Shown here: in pieces, positions 37,261 to 43,147 of the stretch
Position numbering within the stretch: position 1 is the stretch's first letter
Layout: the number at the start of each line of letters is the position of its first letter
NCBI GenBank assembly: GCA_902464195.1
Contig: CABQJB010000001.1
Coordinates: 1 to 43,147 of the forward strand
Source of the DNA: an uncultured Megasphaera sp.
GTDB lineage: Bacteria; Bacillota; Negativicutes; Veillonellales; Megasphaeraceae
Direction: 5' to 3'
DNA: 43,147 bases
Notes under the pieces: generated by a model
Database searches by the model: none
The model's input: only the letters and a program-made list of their open reading frames with translations
Told to the model about the DNA's origin: nothing
Translations under genes and position numbers: made by a program

Positions 37261-37646
37261 TATTTTTTCTCATCCTTTTCCTTTACTTTGGCCAATACAT
37301 CATTGGCCATGCGGGCTCTGGCCTTGATGACGGCGTTGCCGTCTTTGATGGATTCCGGATAGAAGCTGCTCTTATACTTATGCTTCTTCGTCTTGGTAAT
37401 CATCTTTTTCAGCTGGATCGTCTGGTCATCGATATTGTACACGTAGGTGCAGTAGTCGGTCGTTTCACCGGATTGTTCCACCGTCTCAAAGGACAGGATC
37501 TGACGGCCCATATCGTAATAGAGCTTGGCCGAGTTCATGTCGATGGACGTATACTGGTTATATTGCCACATATTATCCGCTGCGAAGACCGATGCCGACA
37601 AGGCCAGGGAAAAGCCCAGGGCCAAAAGCATTTTTTTCAATTTCAC
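37260..37646 (-). CDS. Hypothetical exported protein (start probably GTG 37646)
   Basis: Signal peptide KLKKMLLALGFSLALSASVFA; no family recognised. Confidence 0.7.
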   Translation of the reverse strand: MKLKKMLLALGFSLALSASVFAADNMWQYNQYTSIDMNSAKLYYDMGRQILSFETVEQSGETTDYCTYVYNIDDQTIQLKKMITKTKKHKYKSSFYPESIKDGNAVIKARARMANDVLAKVKEKDEKK

Positions 37647-37716
37647 AGGTAACACCCCTTACTTCTGTTGTTTTTAGACTTATTATATCATGAAACAGCC
37701 GTAAAAGGTAATAGAT

Positions 37717-38211
37717 TTAGCGATTATCTACCTTTTCAGGATATAAATCGTGCTGGGACAGGCGCTGCCAGGCCACATCAGCCCAGGGCGTGCCGGGGCG
37801 GCCGTAGTTGCAGTACGGGTCGATGCTGATACCGCCACGGGGCAGGAATTTCCCCCACACTTCGATGTATTTCGGATCCATGGCCCGGATGAGGTCATCC
37901 ATGATGATATTGACGCAGTCTTCATGGAAATCACCGTGATTGCGGAAGCTGAACAGATAGAGTTTCAGCGATTTACTTTCTACCATGCGCTCGCCAGGAA
38001 CGTAGGAAATGTAAATCGTCGCATAGTCCGGCTGGCCCGTCATGGGGCAGAGACTGGTGAATTCGGGACAGTTGAACTTGACGAAATAGTCCCGGTCGGG
38101 ATGCTTGTTGACAAATGTTTCCAACAGGGACGGATCGTAATCCTGGGCGTACGTCGTGTGCTGATTGCCCAGCTGGGTCACGCCCTGCAGTTCTTCTTTA
38201 CTTCGGCTCAT
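37717..38211 (-). CDS. queF: NADPH-dependent preQ0 reductase (unimodular QueF)
   Basis: [39 protein letters not shown]. Confidence 0.96.
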   Translation of the reverse strand: MSRSKEELQGVTQLGNQHTTYAQDYDPSLLETFVNKHPDRDYFVKFNCPEFTSLCPMTGQPDYATIYISYVPGERMVESKSLKLYLFSFRNHGDFHEDCVNIIMDDLIRAMDPKYIEVWGKFLPRGGISIDPYCNYGRPGTPWADVAWQRLSQHDLYPEKVDNR

Positions 38212-38212
38212 A

Positions 38213-38704
38213 TCAAAACTCCTTCTTCAAGACATAACGATGGCTCAGGGCCTGGATGAGCAGGACCCCGCAGATGGCCGGCGGCAGCTGTCCCACAGCC
38301 AGACTGCTGACCAGGACGGCGTAGGGCAAATCGAGCAGGTACGACAGCCAGGCACTGACGCAGAGGGCCGGCACCCACCAGATGGGCAGGGCAGCCAGCC
38401 AGGGATTATACTGACGCTGACGGATCTGGACGATGAGCCATGTCGTGACCATGCCGACGAAGCAGCCGCCGATCATGTCGATGAAGCCCAGACCGCCGAA
38501 GAGGAAATTGGCAATGAAGTTCGCAAGCCCCAGGGGGACCACCAGGAAGGGATATACAAAGGCCAATGCATAGAGCGACGTGGCGATGCGGATCTGATAG
38601 GGACCAAAGGAAATCCCCTGAGTGACGTACAAGATGACGATGTACAGGGCCATGACCATGGCAGCGACGGTCATGCGTTTCGTATTCGCTAGAAAATCAT
38701 ACAT
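38213..38704 (-). CDS. queT: Queuosine-precursor ECF S component QueT; start moved to ATG 38704
   Basis: [17 protein letters not shown]...ANF; downstream of a preQ1 riboswitch and coupled to queF. Confidence 0.88.
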   Translation of the reverse strand: MYDFLANTKRMTVAAMVMALYIVILYVTQGISFGPYQIRIATSLYALAFVYPFLVVPLGLANFIANFLFGGLGFIDMIGGCFVGMVTTWLIVQIRQRQYNPWLAALPIWWVPALCVSAWLSYLLDLPYAVLVSSLAVGQLPPAICGVLLIQALSHRYVLKKEF

Positions 38705-38725
38705 AGGCGTAACCTCCTTCCAAAG

Positions 38726-38760
38726 AAAAAAAAGACGGGGTTGCCGAAACAAGCCCGTCT
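38726..38760 (-). terminator. Riboswitch-associated intrinsic terminator
   Basis: AGACGGG-C-TTGT-TTCG-GCAA-C-CCCGTCT then a T run on the minus strand, just before the queT RBS. Confidence 0.8.
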
Positions 38761-38786
38761 GCATTGCAAGTACCATTGTAATGCTT

Positions 38787-38826
38787 CCTAGTTTTGTTTA
38801 CCGACAGGATGGATTGCGAACTGTCG
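38787..38826 (-). promoter_or_regulatory. preQ1-I riboswitch aptamer
   Basis: CGACAG-UUCGCAAUCCAUC-CUGUCG-GUAAACAAAACUAG: P1 stem, GUUCG..CCAUCC loop and A-rich tail ending ACUAG, upstream of queT-queF. Confidence 0.9.
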
Positions 38827-38842
38827 TATGCTCTTTTGAGGC

Positions 38843-39403
38843 CTACCAGATGACGTGGCCCAAGACGTGGTCGATGGGGACCGGGCCGATGAAGCGGCTG
38901 TCACTGCTGTGGTTGCGGTTATCGCCCATGCAGAAGACATAGCCTTCAGGGACCTTGATTTCCCCTTTGCGGCTGTATTCCATCGGTTCATTGATGTACG
39001 GTTCATCTAAAGGCTGGCCGTTGCGCCATACCTTACCATCATGGAATGCCAGCGTGTCGCCGGGACGGCCGATGACTCGTTTGACCCAGATATTCTTGGT
39101 CTGCAGGTCATGATTAAAGAAAGCCATGTAATTGTTCATCGGTTCTGCAACGTCATCTTTCCACGTGCGCGGATACTGGACGCGGCTGTCGATGATGACA
39201 ATATCTCCATAGTTCGGGACTTCCCCCAGGACGTGATTCCATTTGGATACGATGAGGTATTCCCCATTGTGCAGGGTCGGCATCATCGATTCACCGGAAA
39301 CGCGGGTCGGCTGGAAGAAAAAGATATGGATGACCATGGCAATGGCCAACGCGATGATGATGGAATAAATCCATTCGTAAACTTCATGTAGAAACGTATT
39401 CAC
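38843..39403 (-). CDS. lepB: Signal peptidase I
   Basis: SGESM.PTL (Ser), VKRVIG.PGD (Lys), MGDNRNHSSDSR. Confidence 0.95.
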   Translation of the reverse strand: MNTFLHEVYEWIYSIIIALAIAMVIHIFFFQPTRVSGESMMPTLHNGEYLIVSKWNHVLGEVPNYGDIVIIDSRVQYPRTWKDDVAEPMNNYMAFFNHDLQTKNIWVKRVIGRPGDTLAFHDGKVWRNGQPLDEPYINEPMEYSRKGEIKVPEGYVFCMGDNRNHSSDSRFIGPVPIDHVLGHVIW

Positions 39404-39433
39404 GCTGAAACCTCCTCACTTGCGTACTCGTAT

Positions 39434-39462
39434 ATTGTAGCAAACCAGGGGTATAAAAGCAA
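39434..39462 (-). promoter_or_regulatory. SigA promoter of lepB(-queT-queF)
   Basis: TTGCTT, 17 bp, TACAAT with extended TG. Confidence 0.65.
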
Positions 39463-39465
39463 GGG

Positions 39466-39891
39466 TCAGAGCAGGTCGCTTTCGCCGATGATTTCAAGGC
39501 CTTCTGCGCGTAATAACGCCGCCGTCACGCCGTCGCCAGCCGTCAGGGTCCGTGAAAAAGTGCCATCGTAAATCTGTCCGTGCCCACAAGACGGACTTTT
39601 CTCTTTCAAGATGGCCTTCGTGCAATGGAACAGGCGGGCCAAGTACAGGGCCGCCTCGGCACCACGCCGATATTGCGCCGTCACATCGCTGCCGTCCGCC
39701 GTGACGACCCGGTCCCCCTGCCGTTCTGCCGGCGGGCGCGGCGTCGCCAGGCCGCCGGCCTGTTCCGGACAGATAGGAATCAAATGGATGTCATCCTGCC
39801 CGAGCAGGGCCTGTACCTGGCGATACCCCTTCACCTGACCATCATAACGGCAGTACTGGCCGAGCAGGCAGGCACTGATTAGAATGTTCAT
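39466..39891 (-). CDS. DUF523 / TudS-family Fe-S thiouracil desulfidase-like protein
   Basis: ISACLLG..CRYDG, CPE..GGL.TPR, LK.KSPSCG, G.GVTA. Confidence 0.85.
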   Translation of the reverse strand: MNILISACLLGQYCRYDGQVKGYRQVQALLGQDDIHLIPICPEQAGGLATPRPPAERQGDRVVTADGSDVTAQYRRGAEAALYLARLFHCTKAILKEKSPSCGHGQIYDGTFSRTLTAGDGVTAALLRAEGLEIIGESDLL

Positions 39892-39910
39892 AATTTCACC
39901 TCAATCCAGC

Positions 39911-39941
39911 TTCTCCAAACTACAAACTGCAAACTTCAAAC
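39911..39941. repeat. Isolated heptamer arm of the composite repeat
   Basis: CTCCAAA CTACAAA CTGCAAA CTTCAAA. Confidence 0.7.
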
Positions 39942-39945
39942 ATTG

Positions 39946-39995
39946 AAAAAAAAAGCGCCGCGCAGAAAGACGAAAAATCTTTATGCAACGGCGGC
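39946..39995 (-). terminator. Terminator-like hairpin with U9 upstream of the DUF523 gene
   Basis: Minus strand GCCGCCGUUGCAUAAAGA..UCUUUCUGCGCGGCGC-U9; related to the 66-116 hairpin. Confidence 0.6.
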
Positions 39996-40057
39996 CTTCT
40001 TCAACCTAAAAGAACAGAGGAGAGCCGATGTGCAGCCATCGGACTATCTCTGTTTTT

Positions 40058-40086
40058 AGTATAACGTGAAATTCAAAAAAAGGCAA
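40058..40086 (-). promoter_or_regulatory. SigA-like promoter facing the DUF523 gene
   Basis: TTGCCT, 17 bp, TATACT. Confidence 0.55.
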
Positions 40087-40109
40087 GCTCATCGGCTCCC
40101 CTAATTATA

Positions 40110-40138
40110 TTGAAAAACAAGCTATACCATATTATAAT
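40110..40138 (+). promoter_or_regulatory. SigA promoter of acetolactate synthase
   Basis: TTGAAA, 17 bp, TATAAT. Confidence 0.7.
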
Positions 40139-40193
40139 ACAGATTGCAACACGAATTTCAACCCATCTATCTATCGTCAAAGGAGTGCACACC

Positions 40194-41849
40194 ATGGAAC
40201 AAAAGAAGACGCGCAACACCGCCGACTTTCTCGTCGAATGTCTGGAAGAAGAAGGCGTCCATTATATCTTCGGTATCCCCGGCGAAGAAAACCTCGCCGT
40301 CATGGATGCCCTGGAACATTCAAAGATTGAATTCATCACAGTCCGCCACGAACAGGGCGCAGCCTTCATGGCCGACGTCTATGGCCGTCTGACCGGCAAA
40401 GCCGGCGTCTGCATGGCCACCCTCGGTCCGGGGGCTACCAACCTGATCACGGGCGTCGCCGATGCCGACTGCGACGGAGCCCCGCTGGTCGCCATTTCCG
40501 GCCAGGTCGGCACCGATAAAATGCACATCACAGCCCATCAGTACCTCGACCTGCGGGCCATGTTCGAACCAATCACCCGCCGGGCCTACACCGTCGTCCG
40601 TCCGGACACAATGGCTGAAATCACCCGCCTGGCCTTCAAATATGCCGAACGGGAAAAACCGGGCGCTACCTTCATCGACCTGCCGGTCAACATCAGCAAG
40701 ATGCCCGTCGCCGACGATGAAAAACCGTTGCAGCATAAGACCATCCTGCCGGAAACAGCCCTGGAATCGCAAATCGAAGCAGCGGCTTCCATGATTTCCT
40801 ACGCCAAGAACCCGGTCATCCTGGCCGGCAGCGGCGTCATCCGCAGCAAAGCGGCCAAACAGCTCACAGCTTTTGCGGAAAAACTGAAGCTCCCCGTCGT
40901 CAACACCATGATGGCCAAAGGCGCCATCCCCTTTGACAATAAATATTCCATGTGGACCGTCGGCATCCCTATGGACGACTATCAGACAAAAATCCTGGAA
41001 AAGGCCAGCCTGGTCATCGCCGTCGGCTACGACATCATCGAATATGCCCCGGCCAAATGGCACCTGACCAATGCCGACATCATCCACATCGACACCATGC
41101 CGGCTGACATCAACAAGAACTATCAGCCCGAAGTCGAAGTCGTCGGCAACATCCCCAACTCACTGGAACGCATCATGGCCAAAGCCGCCCGCCTGGCTGA
41201 ACCGAAACAGTTCCTGGAAATCCGCCAGAAAATGGTCGACGAACACGAAAGCTACGCCCACGACCTGGCCTTCCCGGTCAAGCCGCAGAAAGCTCTCATC
41301 GACTGCCGCCGCGTCATGGGCAAAGACGACATCGTCATTTCCGACGTCGGCGCCAACAAAGTCTGGATTGCCCGCCATTACAACTGCTACGAACCGAATA
41401 CGTGCCTCATCTCCAACGGCTTCGCCACCATGGGTATCGCCGTTCCCGGCGCCATCTCGGCCAAACTCGTCCATCCGGACAAAAAAGTCCTGGCCATCAC
41501 CGGCGACGCCGGCTTCCTGATGAACGTCCAGGAATTTGAAACGGCCTACCGCCTGGGCACGAACTTCGTCACCCTCATCTTCAGCGACTGCAGCTACGGC
41601 CTGATCAAATGGAAACAGGACATGCAGTACGGCCATCACCAGTACGTCGACTTCACCAACCCGGACTTCGTAAAACTGGCCGAAAGCTTCCACGCCATCG
41701 GCTACCGCATCACAAAGACCGAAGACCTCCTGCCGACCCTGAAAAAAGCTTTCCAGCAGGACAAACCGGTCATCATCGACTGCCCCGTCGACTACGATGA
41801 AAACATGAAACTCACGGAACATTTGGAAGAACTGATGAAAACGTTATAA
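40194..41849 (+). CDS. Acetolactate synthase large subunit (ThDP enzyme); no small subunit adjacent; start ATG 40194
   Basis: FGIPGEEN, RHEQGAAFMA, TLGPGATN, GFATMG, GDAGFLMN; AAGGAG RBS. Confidence 0.9.
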   Translation: MEQKKTRNTADFLVECLEEEGVHYIFGIPGEENLAVMDALEHSKIEFITVRHEQGAAFMADVYGRLTGKAGVCMATLGPGATNLITGVADADCDGAPLVAISGQVGTDKMHITAHQYLDLRAMFEPITRRAYTVVRPDTMAEITRLAFKYAEREKPGATFIDLPVNISKMPVADDEKPLQHKTILPETALESQIEAAASMISYAKNPVILAGSGVIRSKAAKQLTAFAEKLKLPVVNTMMAKGAIPFDNKYSMWTVGIPMDDYQTKILEKASLVIAVGYDIIEYAPAKWHLTNADIIHIDTMPADINKNYQPEVEVVGNIPNSLERIMAKAARLAEPKQFLEIRQKMVDEHESYAHDLAFPVKPQKALIDCRRVMGKDDIVISDVGANKVWIARHYNCYEPNTCLISNGFATMGIAVPGAISAKLVHPDKKVLAITGDAGFLMNVQEFETAYRLGTNFVTLIFSDCSYGLIKWKQDMQYGHHQYVDFTNPDFVKLAESFHAIGYRITKTEDLLPTLKKAFQQDKPVIIDCPVDYDENMKLTEHLEELMKTL

Positions 41850-41890
41850 GAAAAAGGGCTTGTCGCATGTGCGACAAGCCCTTTTTCTTA
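41847..41890. terminator. Bidirectional terminator with 21-bp perfect arms (repeated hairpin family)
   Basis: TAAGAAAAAGGGCTTGTCGCA-TG-TGCGACAAGCCCTTTTTCTTA between convergent genes. Confidence 0.85.
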
Positions 41891-41894
41891 CAAA

Positions 41895-42572
41895 CTATTT
41901 TTTCGGCATTTTTTCTGCGTTTTTCAACATATCCGTGACGGCGCTGATGATGTCGTCATCGCCTTCTTTGGCGATGTTGCCCAGGATGGCGGCGACTTCC
42001 ATCGTATCGCCGTGCTGCCAGGCCAGGCAGTGGATGGTTTCCGTGAAGGGATTGCCGTTGATGACCAGGGATTTGGCAATAGTCCATTCATAAAAGAGAT
42101 GGCCATTGGTCTTTTTTGCCGTCACCGGCGAAACGACGCGGAACCCCTGCGGCAAACGGCCCGGCATATTCTGGTTCAGCCGATTCATGAGAATCCGCAT
42201 ATCCGGCCGACTGCCGATGTCGCGGAGGTAAGAATTCTCCCGGTTCTCGCCGTAGACAGCGGCTTTGACGTCCCAGATGGTCGCCGTATAATGCAGCAGA
42301 TAGGCGTACTGGAAATCGGCATCGTCCTTCTTGACGACCTGATACGTTTCCGGCTGGATGGGAAAGATACGTTCAAACAGGGCAATGACATCGTTGCCTT
42401 CATCGGCAGCCGTCAGCATGGGCTGCTGCCCGGACTGCATATAGATATCGTCGGGCACGGTGATGACACCCCAGTTAGGGGACTTGGTCAGCGTCCCTTT
42501 ATCCTTGGCCAGGGCAGCCGTCCCCATTGCCAGGACCGCGGCTGCCACCAGCACTATCGCTTTGATTTTCAT
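41895..42572 (-). CDS. Hypothetical exported protein
   Basis: Signal peptide MKIKAIVLVAAAVLAMGTAALA; GAGGAG RBS; no family recognised. Confidence 0.75.
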   Translation of the reverse strand: MKIKAIVLVAAAVLAMGTAALAKDKGTLTKSPNWGVITVPDDIYMQSGQQPMLTAADEGNDVIALFERIFPIQPETYQVVKKDDADFQYAYLLHYTATIWDVKAAVYGENRENSYLRDIGSRPDMRILMNRLNQNMPGRLPQGFRVVSPVTAKKTNGHLFYEWTIAKSLVINGNPFTETIHCLAWQHGDTMEVAAILGNIAKEGDDDIISAVTDMLKNAEKMPKK

Positions 42573-42733
42573 GGTTTCACTCCTCGTTTTTTCTCAAACA
42601 GTAACATGTTCATTGTATCTCATGGTGCTTTTTCTGTCAAAAAGGAGGAAAGTATGATATGATATAGTTATGTAAATCGCCTCAATCTATAAGGTTCAGG
42701 CATATTTCCACTTACTTAGGAGGTTATACCATT

Positions 42734-43138
42734 ATGGAATTCAACATCAAAGCCAACTCGACAGCAGAAGTTTCCGAAAAATGCACAGAAAACAACACGG
42801 CCATTAAATTAGGCAGCGGCAAATCCCCTGTCTACGCTACACCGGCCCTGGTAGCTCTCATGGAAAACGCAGCCATCAACGCCTGCGACCCTCAGCTCCC
42901 GGAAGGCTATAACACCGTCGGCATCGCCATGAACGTCAAACACGTCGCCGCTACGCCGATTGGCCTGACCGTTACGGCCAAAGCCACCCTGGTCGAACAG
43001 GACCGCAAAAAACTGACCTTCAAAATCGAAGCCCACGACGAAGCCGGCCTCGTAGGCGAAGCCACCCACGACCGCTTCATCATCGAATCGGCACCGTTCC
43101 TCGCCAAAGCCGAAGCCAAAAAAGCTGCAGCGAAATAA
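42734..43138 (+). CDS. Hotdog-fold thioesterase (FlK-like family)
   Basis: TA...GSG...VYATP.LVALME.A, TVG....V.H.AATP.G, G...H.RFII. Confidence 0.85.
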   Translation: MEFNIKANSTAEVSEKCTENNTAIKLGSGKSPVYATPALVALMENAAINACDPQLPEGYNTVGIAMNVKHVAATPIGLTVTAKATLVEQDRKKLTFKIEAHDEAGLVGEATHDRFIIESAPFLAKAEAKKAAAK

Positions 43139-43147
43139 TTTTCGTGG

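Noticed and set aside
40035..40050. PyrR-binding loop in the DUF523 leader (AGUCCGAUGGCUG)
   Set aside because: Only partly resembles ARUCCNGNGAGGYU; spacing and the GAG core do not fit

Overview
Mostly core chromosome from a diderm Firmicute (Negativicutes; Megasphaera-like by inference from Firmicute-type gene order plus LPS heptose genes and a beta-barrel protein). The left half is one long minus-strand run: mraZ-rsmH-ftsL-murE-murF-mraY-murD-murG-murC-ddl-ftsQ-ftsZ-nrdR-hldE-hldD-gmhB, two GT9 heptosyltransferases and an outer-membrane beta-barrel. It ends in a ~205-nt raiA-motif structured ncRNA with its own consensus promoter and terminator. The dcw cluster lacks ftsI/spoVD, ftsW/spoVE, murB and ftsA, and ftsZ abuts nrdR where clostridia carry spoIIGA-sigE-sigG. 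The right half is rich in queuosine, pterin and nucleobase genes (gluQ, deoD-amidohydrolase-queD-queE, a divergent folE with folB-folK, a preQ1-I riboswitch before queT-queF, DUF523/TudS). It also holds an M16 peptidase, aldehyde dehydrogenase, DEDDh exonuclease, a two-component system, an acyltransferase, lepB, acetolactate synthase and a thioesterase. Non-coding highlights: a dispersed composite repeat (24-bp palindrome flanked by 7-bp-period tracts and shared hairpins), two GTAG-type REPs, an anti-Shine-Dalgarno built into the exonuclease promoter, a candidate ~105-nt sRNA/leader upstream of the DUF523 gene and an unannotated 42-aa exported peptide. No CRISPR array, transposase or prophage was seen. 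All calls are by eye and from recalled motifs; no searches were run.
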